The notes: generated by a model from the letters alone, not told the origin. DNA of 64,000 nt from Tubiluchus corallicola (GCA_030141605.1 JAQGDQ010000972.1:1-64000), one strand, 5' to 3'; numbered from the stretch's first letter, positions 22,101 through 34,764 are shown. Translations and numbers: made by a program.

Positions 22101-22982
22101 TATGGAACGAATCGCCATTGACGTGGCAGGTCCTTTCCCGTTGTCTAATTCTAACAACAAATACATATTAGTTGCAATGGATTATTTCACAAAATGGCCA
22201 GAATGCTATCCCTTAACCGAACCAAGAAGCTAAGACTATAGCTACAGTATTGGTAAACGATTTCTTTTGCCGATTTGGGTTACCAAACGAAATTCATTCA
22301 GACCAAGGCCGAAATTTTGAAAGTAAGATCTTTCAGCAATGCTGTAATCTTACGGGTATTGAGAAAACTCGAACGACTGCGCTTAACCCAAAAAGCGATG
22401 GAATGTGCGAGCGCTTTATAAGGACCATTTCCCGACAGCTTGCGCAATTCAGTAGTGCCCACCAGCGTGATTGGGATCAAAAATTCCTTTGTTTTTGCTT
22501 TCATACAGATCGGCTGTACATGATTCAACTGGATTCACCCCTGCTCAAGCCATGTTTGGTAGAGAATTAAGGCTGCCTCTTGATCTATTAACAGGACGCC
22601 CACCTTCAAACATTGATTCAAGTACTGTCGTCCAGTATGTTAAAAATCTTGAGAATCGTCTACATGACGTTCACCATTTCATCAGAGAAAACCTCCGCAT
22701 TTCTCATGAAACAATGCGTAGACGCTATAATGTCCGTTCTCGTTATGTTCAATTTTCTGTTGGGGAAAAAGTTTGGTTTTTTAACCCTCAGCGTAAAATT
22801 GGTCGCAGTCCAAAGCTTCAGTCTGATTGGCAGGGACTTATGAAATCATAACACGACTCTCAGATGTTGTTTATCGTATACGTTTGCCGGGACCAAGACA
22901 AAGATGCAAAATTGTTCACGCAGATCGTCTGTGGCGTTATACGCCAGCCGCCGGATTCTCCTGGAACGCCTTCACTCAATGA
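19108..22982 (+). CDS. pol: Pol polyprotein (protease, RT, RNase H, integrase) with 1-nt frameshifts near 22214, 22482 and 22838
   Basis: LVDTGAS (PR); FSTLDLKSGYHQ, MPFGL, YLDD (RT); LDTDAS, TDH, ADALSR (RH); H..H..CEIC, IAID, HSDQG, GMCER (IN DDE); repaired WQGPY (GPY/F). Pol frame is open from 19108, -1 relative to gag. Confidence 0.95.
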
Positions 22983-23676
22983 ATTATCTGACAGCCAAGC
23001 TACAGTAACTTATAGCCTTGATCTCGAAGTTAGTGCCGATAAATCCAATGCCGATCCATCGGGTATCGATAAATCTAAAACTGAACAGAACATTGAACTC
23101 GAGCCACAGCTGACAGCAGTTGATCGTTCTGTATCTCTCGATTCCTTCGGATTGCCGCCACCTCCATATTCACCATGCAGAATAGCTGATTATAATGATG
23201 AGCACAATGAAAATGCATCGAGTTTTCCAGCCCAAATTCCAGAACTACTTAATTCCTCCATGCCAGCCTTAACTCCTATTCGTGATCCACTTTCCCTTCC
23301 CCATGACAATTCATCCAACGGTGATGTACGGCTTTCATTGTCCACCTTCTCTCCGCCTATACCAAAACCACGAACATCCACTCCCAAAAGAGTTGATTTT
23401 CCCGGCTCAATCACTCTTAATTTGCTTGAAACAGCCGACTCTGCTGAATTTATTCCCGACGAATCAACTCGACAACTCATCAACGAATGGCTTCCTGGTA
23501 GCTCCAGTTCAGCAATTGCTGAGGACTCCTCTGAAACGGCCGGCGATAGTGTACGCACGCCTCTTTCGGGCGAGCAGTCTACCCAGGTGAACCATTCTAG
23601 GAGCAATGTTGAGTGTAATCTTGAGATAAACAATGGAAAATTCAATGCACATCGAATACGCAATTCCGAGACTTGA
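22960..23676 (+). CDS. Ser/Pro/acidic low-complexity ORF following integrase (probable pol C-terminal tail or extra ORF)
   Basis: Frame 22864-23676 is open for 270 codons, overlaps the pol end and looks disordered. No env-like signal or TM segment. Confidence 0.5.
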   Translation, partial: PGTPSLNELSDSQATVTYSLDLEVSADKSNADPSGIDKSKTEQNIELEPQLTAVDRSVSLDSFGLPPPPYSPCRIADYNDEHNENASSFPAQIPELLNSSMPALTPIRDPLSLPHDNSSNGDVRLSLSTFSPPIPKPRTSTPKRVDFPGSITLNLLETADSAEFIPDESTRQLINEWLPGSSSSAIAEDSSETAGDSVRTPLSGEQSTQVNHSRSNVECNLEINNGKFNAHRIRNSET

Positions 23677-25457
23677 GAAATGAAATGCTAGAAGAGTTTT
23701 CTCATCTTAACCCTCACTTTACAAGCAAGAAAATGCTCGAGTTTTGATGCATTCATAGAATTACTTACGCGAAACATTTTCGTAATTCCAGCAACTATTC
23801 TATGTGACACATCCAAATTAGCACTTAAGAATGGAGTTGCATCTACTTGCACTTGTCAAATACGAAAATACGTGACTAGATGCTTGTTTAACTGAATTAT
23901 AAAACTTACTTAATGAGCATGTTTAAAAATGTTAAATTTTTTATTTTTTTCGCAGCTGAGGAACCAAGAATTGAACACATTTCGTTGGCTGTATATTGAT
24001 TACCTCATGTCATTATTATTGTTGTCGTATTTTGTGAAAAATGGAATTTTCACTCTTCTTTAAGGAGAGGAGGAGAGGCGAATATATTAGTTTTTGTTCT
24101 ATGTTTTTAAGTGGCCGTATTGGAAATCAACTGTGTATTCTTTAATTAAATTTTGAATTTTTTTGTTGAATGGCATTTAAAAAAAAATAATTGTTCTGTA
24201 AATATCTATTGCAAATTGTCATTTGTTCTAGCATTAATCTCGAGAGATAAATGGCAGAACAAACATTTTATTTTTGCTAAACAATTACTGTTTGTTTAGA
24301 CTGTTTCATCTAAGATGTACGAGTAGATAGTCGTGATCGAAATTCTCAATTTCGTTGTCTTAAGTCAACCGATTCCAGTTGATGACTAGTTCTAATTAGT
24401 CTTTTTCGATAATTGACGTTTTGTTGTTGTTGCTTTCGTTCTTCGAGGTCCTATTTCTAGCTTCGCGACAAAGCCTTGTCCGTTGGCTACCATGTGAACA
24501 GAGCGACTTTGACCACTGACCAGCCCTCGGTTGCGTAAGTTAATCGAACACGGTAAGGCGTTAAAATTTCTTTTTAGAAGTTAAGTTGTCAGCATTGTTG
24601 TTGCTTATTAAAGATGTTGATTTATTTAAAGATAAAGTGGCATATAACTTTTTGTTTTTGTTTCCCGCTATGAATATAGTTGGTGTAAGCAGATTTACTA
24701 CCTTTTTTCTGTTCTACAGCACAGCTATTTTGGAAATTTATGGAGAATCGACGTTTTTCGCCATAGGAGCCAATACTAAAGCTTAATAAATCTTATGCTG
24801 GGTCTGCAGTGAAAATTCACTTGAACTAACTGTATGCATGACATGAGTACAAGCATTCATCTTTTCCAGGCAAGCTCTACCAACCCAGGTGTTACACCCG
24901 TGGTATCGGATGCGTTGTTGCTTGACTAAGGGCTAGTCCACACCTCACACCTTACTTGCATTTGCTTATTGAGACATGATAATTGGTACTGGTGAATCAT
25001 TAAGAATTGCAGATCGTGCGGATTATTTACGCTACGTTACGTTTATTTACGGATAGTGGATGATATCTGATTACATTTATTTCGTTCATTTTTGCATTCT
25101 TACGTAGACATACTTAGGCATATTTAGTTGGAAGTTTTTTTAAGTCGACTCGCCGTTATATAAAAATTGTTGTTACTAGAAATGTAATGTTTAACTTCAA
25201 CTTATTCATACAAAAAATCTGACATTGTTTTCATCTTTTAATTTGTAATTCGGTAGGCGTTATGCACTAGCTCATGTTGTTTTGTAGAATTGCCAGTCTT
25301 TGCAAAATATTTCTGTGATTCTATTTGATTAATGGAAGGAAACACTTTTTGTATTGTTGATTAGCAGTGCTCAAACTTGCTTTCTGGTCTGTGTGGGTGG
25401 CTGCTCTTCTCCCTCCCGATGGAAGACTAGATCTTCAAAGAAGGGACTTCTTTGTCT

Positions 25458-25473
25458 GGAGGAAGGGGGACAG
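25458..25473 (+). promoter_or_regulatory. Polypurine tract
   Basis: GGAGGAAGGGGGACAG immediately before the 3' LTR. Confidence 0.9.
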
Positions 25474-25877
25474 TGTACTGCAGGGCTGTGATGAGGTACT
25501 GTAATACTGGCAGGAGAATGCAGCAGACTTCTCAGGTGTGCGTGTGAACGTGGCTTTAACTAGCACATAGACGCTTATTCTGACCTTGTGTTAGTGGGAG
25601 CCACTAGTCACGTGCACACCTGAGCTTATAAAAAGGGTAGGTCTGCTGTAGATCCTTGTCAGTGGTCAGTGGGCGTCTCATCTCATCTCAGCTCTGTTCG
25701 CACTTCATCAGGCTTTCTGTTGCTCCATTCTGTAAGCTATCTGGAACATTTATTTTGTTTGGGTAATAAATCGTCATTTTTATTTTATTCATTTTGGTTT
25801 TTGTCTTTGAGTCATGCCGCACAGTGTAGGCCGCGGTGCCATCCGTTCTGCCTCCACTAAAAGTGGAGAGCAGTCCA
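25474..25877 (+). repeat. 3' LTR (404 bp)
   Basis: Differs from the 5' LTR by 3 substitutions, one 1-nt indel and a 35-bp segment absent from the 5' LTR. Confidence 0.96.
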
Positions 25878-26206
25878 ATATGAACTTAAGTGCATGTATA
25901 TATATTTGTGTTTGTTTATATTTATATTACTTTATTTTATCTGCACTTCTGCCTGGACATACACTTGCATGGTGAGGATTCATGTATCAGATTTTAAAAA
26001 CTGTCTAATCTGAGCCAAAAAACGATGTTTAAATTAAGATCTGACTTTATGATAAGATTAGCTATTGATACTGTACTGCATTTTTTACCTATTGTATGGC
26101 CAATTTATATATTCAGTTTATAAAAAATGTAAGCGTACGTCAATAAAAGTAAACCTGTTTTCATTCTGACAGCAAAAAATGTTTAAAATGATAAAATGTC
26201 GGCAGA

Positions 26207-26325
26207 ATTTACAATTCTTCATCGTCAAGCAGATTAGGGTTAGGTTTGGAGTGGGATTGGTTTAGGGTTAGGGTTAGGTTTAGTGTAAGGAATAAGGTTA
26301 GGTTTAGTGTATTTAAATTGTAAAC
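26207..26325 (+). repeat. Small dispersed element with TTAGGG-like array, copy 3
   Basis: tttacaatt...(ttagggtt)n...tatttaaattgtaaac. Confidence 0.55.
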
Positions 26326-26409
26326 AGGTAACATTTATTTCGCTACCTGAGTTAATGGCAGAATTCTAGAATGCTAGCTTAAAAACGATTAAGTAGCGAA
26401 ATAAATACC

Positions 26410-27140
26410 AACTGTGCAACGGTTCGGCCACATTCGTCAATCATATTTGTCTCTTGGTGTCATCCTTCTCTGCTAACTTCACACATTCAGGATACTAAAC
26501 ACACTAACTTACTAATCACACTTGTACCGTAATGTAAATAACATTATGCTTTTAGTTATTTCAAGTAAAAAATATATTTCTATTCTGTTCTGTTCTGTTC
26601 TGTTCTGTTCTGTTCTGTTCTGTTCTGTTCTGTTCTGTTCTGTTCTGTTCTATTCTATTCTATTCTATTCTATTCTGTTCTGTTCTGTTCTGTTCTGTTC
26701 TGTTCTGTTCTGTTCTGTTCTGTTCTGTTCTGTTCTGTTCTGTTCTGTTCTGTTCTGTTCTATTCTATTCTATTCTATTCTATTCTATTCTATTCTATTC
26801 TATTCTATTCTATTCTATTCTATTCTATTCTATTCTATTCTATTCTATTCTATTCTATTCTATTCTATTCTATTCTTCTATTCTATTCTATTCTATTCTA
26901 TTCTATTCTATTCTATTCTATTCTATTCTATTCTATTCTATTCTATTCTATTCTATTCTATTCTATTCTATTCTATTCTATTCTATTCTATTCTATTCTA
27001 TTCTGTTCTGTTTATATGAAACGTTTTCATCCAATCTATTATATCTGCAAACCATTTCCTTCGCTGTCTTCCTCGTCTACATTTTCCTGCGCTAATAACA
27101 TCCAGAATCTTACCATTTAAAGACCATCCTTCTAGAGTTT
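26410..27140 (-). mobile_element. RTE-like LINE 3' fragment interrupted by a pentanucleotide satellite
   Basis: Minus strand 27140-27025 reads ...GKCRRGRQRRKWFADIIDW (RTE RT C-terminal GxRxRGRxRxxWxD motif). YPECVKLAE resumes near 26490. Confidence 0.5.
26577..27010. repeat. (TTCTG)n/(TTCTA)n pentanucleotide satellite
   Basis: Directly visible; alternating blocks of the two units. Confidence 0.97.
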
Positions 27141-27163
27141 AGGCATTTATTACCCGTTAATTT

Positions 27164-27776
27164 GGTCACGGTAATATTGTTGCGAGGAAATTTTGGTATC
27201 GGGAAAACCCAGGGAATTGTGGTACTGGTAAATACAGTACTGGCCAAGTTTTATCAAGTATTTTTGGTACAAATTAACCTGATACAAGGTAAAAATGGTG
27301 CGGAACAGGTTTGGTACTAGGAACGTTTAGTACAAGAAAGTTTGATATTAGTAAAATTCGATGCAGAAAAAGTTTCTTATATTGGTCTTTTGTTACTGTT
27401 GTTGTTGCTGTTATTTTGTAATGAGATATAGAAATGCTCTCTTTTTTGTTTAGTACCAAATATTCTAGTACCAAACTTTCCAAGTTCGAAGTTTTCCCTG
27501 GTACCGTATTTTCTTAGTACCAAAATTTCTTGTACCGAACTTTCTTAGTGCTAAACATCGTTGGCCCTATATTTTCCCTCTACTAAACATTTTCTAAAAT
27601 GGATTTTTTTAGTGCCAAAAATTTTCTGTACCTAAAGATCATAGTACCAAATTTACTTGTACCAAAATTTCCATGTACTAAAAATTCTTTGTAACAAAAC
27701 TTCCTGTACTAAACTTCCCTATTACCAGTATTACTTGCCTACCAAACTTACTTTCCTACATTTAGACACCGTGATT
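27164..27776. mobile_element. Fold-back/MITE-like element of short (TT)GGTAC / GTACC(AA) repeats in opposite orientation
   Basis: Ends GGTCACGGTA / CACCGTGATT. The left half is rich in tttggtac and the right half in agtaccaaa. Confidence 0.55.
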
Positions 27777-29123
27777 ACCTACACACTGGTTTACTTTCAC
27801 TTCACGGATAACGACAAACATTCTAATAAAAAGCTGCAAAATATCAAATCGTAGACGTAAATTTTGCTGATTAATAAAAACACGGTCGGTTCAAATGATC
27901 AAATTGCCGCTTTGATCTACGGCTTAGTATAGCAGATTTAGTGAGTCAAAATTGTTCGAAGTGAAACATCCTCTGTAAAATCTTGCAAAACGCAGCTTTA
28001 CATTAAGCTGATTACATGTGGAGACTAAGTTACCTAAAAGTAAACAGTGCATGCTTTACAAACCCATCACACCAGCTTCACAGTATTGACAGGGTTTGAA
28101 TAAATTATAACATCCAAGCGTGGGATTTAATGCCACAGCAACCAGCAAAGTGATATGAATATGGTTGTTGGAGGAGGTATATCTGTCCCCAATTTTCCCT
28201 TCTACCCCACTAAACATTTCTTGCTTCCCACGTGCTTCCTACGGATTTTCTGAATCCAAATGTAGTATTACCATGAAGCCCTTGGTAGAGTAAACATAAT
28301 TGTGGTTCATTGCCATGCTGAAACTGTTTTACATCGAAGTCGCGTTGGCGAGAATAAGGCATAAGACTAAAAACAAAAGAAATAGTCTCATATGTTTCGC
28401 AGACACAGACACAGAGAGTTAACTCTCAAAAATATTTGATATTTGATTTTTTATATCTCAAAATATCTTGGTAAGGACGTCGGCTTTTTGGCCATAATCA
28501 TTTGTCAAAGTCTGCAAAACCATTTTGCTTTTTATAGTAAGTATTATTCTTAAGCCACTGAAAGTCGAGAGTTTAAAACTTTTTGGAAAAAATCCTTACA
28601 CTGACACATAAATTTATCGTTTTACTAGAAGAAATTGATTATAAAATAACAAAATTAGCTTCAAAGTTTGTCACATAAAGTTTTGTCAAACGAATTCAAA
28701 ATTACATTTTCATACCAAATAAAAAATTTTATGAAAATATTTCGCAAATTGCATGTCTTTTTGCGCTTCAGCATTTTCTGTACTTACATCGAACAAAATA
28801 CCCTCTGAACTTGCGAGATTTTAATCTATGGCATCAAATAAATGCTATCTTTTCCCACTGCTTTAGCTTGCTTTATATTTTCTTAAATTACCCTCTCCTC
28901 TCCTCGCCTCACTTTGCCTCATTTCACCTCTCCTCACTTCACCTTAACATTGATCCTCTCTTCCTGTTGACCATAAATTTATATTTTTCACATCCATCAT
29001 TTTTATAAACCCTTATTCCTAGAAAAACACCAATATCCATGTATAAACTATTTCTAATATAAAATGTAAGGCGTGATGGTCAGAATAAACTAAGCAGAGA
29101 AAGAGAAAAAGAGAAGTTGAAAG

Positions 29124-29267
<144 letters not shown>

Positions 29268-31851
29268 ATAGTTTCTTAAATGAATGAAATAAATGAACAA
29301 ACACGATTAAAGCACTGAGTTGCGAGCTCTTCTTACAGTGATTGAAAGTTGAAAACTTGTCGTTATTGCGCTATAAAACACTTAAAACTGTTTCCTTTCC
29401 TGCGAGAATTCAATTAAGTCTTTTTCGCGCGCCGTAAAATGCTTGTATTCGAAAGCAAGGAAATATTTACTGGAGTAGAATATGCACCTTTTAATTTGTC
29501 CACTTAATGTGATCAAAATTCAGTATAACATATCTTGTAACAATTTAGTGTTAATGCAGTTTTGGGATTTCGTGCAAACAGCAATATAGATTAACTTGGT
29601 CTCTAAAGGGAAATGATGATTTTTCGTATTGTACGCTATTTTGAAGTACTGCAAAAGTACACATTTTAACACCAATTATGCTACAAAAGCATTTCTAATG
29701 AATAAATAAGAGTTTAAAAACTTAATTAATGGCGGGCGAGCCCAACTATTGGTCACAGAACTGAACATAATGTTCAATAGCAAAAATGTTCCAGAAGCAT
29801 GTCGCACATGTTTGCAAGAGTGAAAATTGAAGTACTGTGCTACTGTAAGGTATTCAGTGTGTTCTACTAAAGCTAGGTAAGTTTTGAGATAAAATTCAAA
29901 TTCAAATATCAAATTTATCGCTGTGTTCACACATGGGCTGCCGAATGTGTGCACTACGTCACAAATGAACACTTCCGAAAAAAGGGGTACAGCACCTGCT
30001 ATTCGTTCAACGCGCTTCCAAATGCAGGCGCTAATGCCTATCCAACTAACGAATGGCGAAATGCATATAACAGCGAATAACTACCCACGCGAACGCAACA
30101 TTTGGTTTGCGTGGTGATAATTCTTTCATGTAGTCATTCTTGAAAAAATAGTACAGGTATTATAGATTATTTTGACATACAGTTTAAGATTGGATCCTGC
30201 TTTCCTTTAAAAAGGCTCATTACATACTCGTTTCAAAAGACATTAGTTCACCGGGTTTCCTGTTTTTTTGGAGTGCACTTCAGTGTAATCATGTAGGTAC
30301 TGTAATAAAACTGAGTGCTTTGTGTGTATATCAATGGTTATACTGTCTATTAAAAATGATTGTTATTGAACTTGTAGAAGCCAGTGTGCGCACAATGCAT
30401 TGTTGTGAATGAGAAGTAATGATTAAAGGAAAAAACCAAGTTTCCTGGAAAGTTGAGCTTATTTTAATATTTGAGAAAAATGTTAGAAAGTGTCAGCAAT
30501 AAAATTGTGATAAGCGTGTAATTAGTAAAATCAATTTAAGGTCGCGATCACTTCACGCTTAGGCTCACTCAGTTTGAACAAAAAATCACGACGTCTGGTT
30601 GCAATATAAACATTTATTTCGTCAAGTAATTGAGCAAACTTTTTTGCAACTGTTATGAGCTATAGACAATCCAAAACGTTAACGAGAGATTATTTTTTTG
30701 CTTTTTCATGAATTCCGTTGCCCACCATTTAATGAAAACTAATTATCGACGATAATACCCCGCGCCGAGAAAGTAACAGAAAAATTGTTTAAAGGAGGTA
30801 AAACGGAAGTATATAAGCTAAGTAACCTACCCGGCGCCTACTGTATATTTGCAGCCTCGCAGAATTTCAAGCTTGTCTGTAATTATAGCATGTGTAGTAC
30901 TTATGTATTTTGAAGTATAATACGGTGACTAATTTTTACAAAACACAAAGATTTAATCAGCTAGAATAGCAAAAGTTCTGAGGAAACTGCAGATACGTGT
31001 GCGCCTGCGCGCTGTCCACCAGCTTACGTCATTTTTTCAAATATTCCTGCAGGGACGTTCGCTTTCCGGGAGATAAGAATGATTTAAGCTTTTTGGGATT
31101 TTTAAACAAGAGATTGTATGCGCGTTGAATGCGTGGTATTACGTGGTATACACACAAAAAGTCTTAAGTGTGTGTGATAATACAGTGACTGTTGTTCAAG
31201 GGATGTTTTTTTTAATGTTGCGTACTAACTGCTGTTATTATGTTAATGCAGTTATTATCTGTGATAAACAAGTAGGCACTTTCAGTATTGCGTAATCAAC
31301 TTGCTTAAGTTCTTTGTTGCTGCTTCATTAGTACTTAGTAGGCCCTCACCCAAAAGACGTTTACGAGATATTAGCAGATACTTACCATAAGAAGCTTTCT
31401 GCGCATGTCCTAGGTGTTATATATTGGGAATTTTTTCAGACCTGTCGTTCGTAGGTAAAACTTCAAGTTGACAACATTCTGTCTCAAGCAGCTGCCTTGT
31501 TATTATGAATGATGTTCTGGACTTGATATGATAATTTGGCTTCACTGATACGAGCTGGATGGATGATAGTGTAGTGGTAGCTTACGTGGTTGTTAGTGAG
31601 GCTACTTTAACACAGCCGTCTTGGGTTGCTGTTGGTGTGGCAAGCTGTTAGTCTGGAGTAATTCTGGGCACATAACACATAGGGGAACGAACGACGCTGA
31701 TTGAGCATAGATTAGCTAGTCTGCATTGTGTAGTAATTAAAGACAAGCCTGTTTCTTTTGTATTAATTTTGCATTGTGTTAAATATTAATTTTAGTTACA
31801 AATGTTATGCTATTTAACTAAGTTAATGTCTATAAACTAGTACCATATACC

Positions 31852-32195
31852 TGTTATAGCATGTCATTTAACTCTCATAAAATAAAATACACAAAAACTA
31901 CACTGTACGGAGTTTATTATCAGCACTAATGAAAATAGGGAACAAAATACACGTGCACAAAAATAACTAACTAACTTAGTAACAGCACACCCGAGGAGCA
32001 CCTGTGTCAGAAATCAAGGCTGTAGTGACCTCTACACGCTTTTACACTGGCATTCCAGGTCAGCTGGCTTCTCACACCACGTGTAGGTCCAAACAAGACG
32101 TCTGGACCTACAAGACAGGGGTGAGTCGCTGCTGACGTGGAAGCAGGGCATGTAGAGGGCCCTACACCTGACCCGACACAGGTGCCTCCGTAACA
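31852..32195 (-). mobile_element. Solo LTR (344 bp) of a second LTR family
   Basis: Minus strand runs TGTTACGG...CTATAACA, with a TATA-like TGTAAAA and then AATAAA. 5-bp flanks ATACC / ATATC (1 mismatch). Confidence 0.6.
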
Positions 32196-32672
32196 ATATC
32201 AAGGCCTTAGGCACCCAAAACATCATAAATTCCGGTAAACAACGCCTAAAAGACGTTTTATCAAAATCAACTCGGACAAAGTACATTCTGTATAAAGAAT
32301 TTAATCCAATTTTAATATATCATCCAATGTATTGGAATAGAGATGTCAACGGTAGACTGGTGGAAAAAGATATAGACTAGCATGCACACGCATAATCCCA
32401 TGATTGAAATCGCATAATCTTATGATTGAAATGGGGCGGTAGAGTAGAGTATACATGTGACACAACTAGTGTTCAGACGGACATATACTGTGTAAATGTC
32501 CGAACTGCTTCAAACAGTTAACTTCTAGTAACATTATTGCATTGTATGTTACTAGCAATCATGTAGATTTAACTAGTTTATTTGACCTGTTTTAACCACA
32601 CTCTAAAATGTTTGTCTTGCAACTGCTGTTATAACTCTGTATAATTATAATTGTTTGGCCTGTTAATAAACT

Positions 32673-32673
<1 letters not shown>

Positions 32674-32716
<43 letters not shown>

Positions 32717-32763
32717 TACTGCTACTGCTACTGCTACTGCTACTGCTTCTGCTGCTGCTGCTG
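32674..32763. repeat. (TAC)n/(TGC)n trinucleotide microsatellite
   Basis: Directly visible. Confidence 0.95.
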
Positions 32764-33090
32764 ATCATGATGGATATGGATAAAATTTACTGAAACTAGT
32801 TAGCCAACGTGTTATGAGTCACTTGCAAATTTTTTAATTTTGTTAAACAACTTCTATAGCCATGTCAGTTGGGTACGTAACTTGCACGTTAAATTAATTG
32901 CTGGATAGTTAGTGGCGAATGATAAGCAGGCGTAATAGCCATCAGCACAGCACGCAAAGACACACAAAGGGCATGACATTATTGTCTCATATATTGGATT
33001 GACATGAAGTGAGTTACCTTCAAGTCGTGTTTTATCCTGAAGCATTTAGTACCTTGTTGCCCAAGTCCAAACTGATATAAACGTCAACAG

Positions 33091-33490
33091 TTTGTTGAGT
33101 AGACATGAGTAGTTATGGCAAGAGACGCGATTTACGAGAGCACATAGCAGTGGAACGAAAAGAGAAAAATGTAAGTTGAGTAGGCATGGCAAGGAACGCG
33201 ATTTACGAGAGCACATAGCTGTGGAACGAAATGAGAAAATGTAAGTTGAGTAGGCATGAGTAGCCATGGCAAGACACGCGATTAACCGAGAGCACATAGC
33301 AGTGGAACGAAAAGACAAAAATGTAAGTTGAGTAGGCATGAGTAGCCATGGCAAGACATGCGATAAACCGAGAGCACAGAGCGGTGAGACGAAAAAAGAA
33401 AAATGTAAGTTGAGTACGCATGCGTTACCATGGTAAGGAACGCGATTTACGAGGAACACATAGCAGTGAAACGAAAAGAGAAAAATGTAA
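33091..33490. repeat. Minisatellite, about 82-bp unit, about 5 copies
   Basis: GTTGAGTA recurs at 33094, 33175, 33245, 33327 and 33409. Unit ...catggcaagacacgcgatttacgagagcacatagcagtggaacgaaaagagaaaaatgtaa. Confidence 0.92.
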
Positions 33491-34764
33491 AACTCATTCT
33501 ATGAATCAGTAAAAAGGACATCATAGTCCCACAAACACAAATAATACTCACTTACTATGAGTTTTTGAACCCTATCCAACATCTTTGGCTGACTATCAAG
33601 AAGGGAGTTTGAGAGATCTGATACTCAGTGCCCTTTATATGCCTTTAAGTGCAGCCAGTTTTTGTAAAAATGAAAAAGCCAACTTAGTCATGCAGAAGCC
33701 ACATGACCTCCGCAGAACACAGATTAGATAGACTTGCACAGTTTTAACAACCCAAGAAATTTTGTTAGATGAAGAAGCTTTTTTAGGTCCAGGGCTGGGC
33801 TGATATGAGCAATACTATAGGCTGCAGAATTGGTGTGAATCAATATTTATGGAATCTGAAACACCCAGAATCAGTCCTATTTCCGGCTAACGCTTAAGCG
33901 TGGGGAAATTTTAGGGCGCTTCTGAGAACTAAGAGAGAACTAAGAACTAACTCAGATCTGCTGCTATCTCTTTGTTGCCGTTAAAGGGACTTGAAGTCTT
34001 AGGCTTGAAAAAAATTTAAGTGAAAATTCTAACGCGAAAGATTGTGGACATCAGCTTCAATTAATTCCATCCAGCAACGATTCTACAACCTTTGACCTAT
34101 TCAGTGATAGTGACGTAATGTCCAGACTGAGCAAGCAGACCATGTTGAGAAAACCAGGACATAAAGGTTTGACAATCTATATGAAGCAACATATTATAGT
34201 CTCTAATTCATCTATCAAATCCGGATACCAAGGCGAAATGAAGGAAGCCAATAACGAAAGTTTGTTTGAGAATCCCACAAATGCACATTGTTATACTAAT
34301 GCAAAAGCAAGCATTAAGTTGTACGACCACTAGTATTTTTTTCGTGACACCATCATTAAGTGAACTGGTTAGTAAAGTTGAGCACCTACCCTTCAGATAA
34401 TCCAAAGCCCTTTAACTGCCAAATCGGTGTTTCTCAGGATTCCTAGGCAATGCACGAATATATAAAAATTAATTCAAGCTTAGCTGTACTTTGTGGAGCT
34501 TTTGCGACCTCTTAGATTGGAATTGAAACTGCCTGGATTGAAGCTTAAAATAATGTTATTTCAGGATTATAGGAACCATAATGTTTGATGTTTGAAAGCA
34601 ATACTGCACAGATTGATCAAAACCCTAAGCAGCCAAAGCCATAAATGAGCTATCATAAAATTGTAATCAGGATAATGTCTTTGATCGATCTATGTAATCT
34701 AAAATGAGTAGGTCTCAAAGGTTTTTAAAAAGAAGCAGCATGGAAATAACCGAGAAGTCAGGCG

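Larger units (their letters stand above)
16869..25877 (+). mobile_element. Full-length Ty3/Gypsy LTR retrotransposon (about 9.0 kb)
   Basis: TG...CA LTRs at both ends, 4-bp TSD ATAT (16865-16868 / 25878-25881), PBS, PPT, gag, and pol in PR-RT-RH-IN order. Confidence 0.97.

Noticed and set aside
21672-23663. Antisense ORFs (164 aa and 157 aa) in the Gypsy element
   Set aside because: Codon-register shadows of the sense ORFs with no independent motif.
22864-23676. env gene
   Set aside because: No signal peptide, furin site or TM helix; low-complexity hydrophilic sequence.
33091-33490. CRISPR-like array
   Set aside because: Whole units repeat with no unique spacers, there are no cas genes, and the context is eukaryotic.
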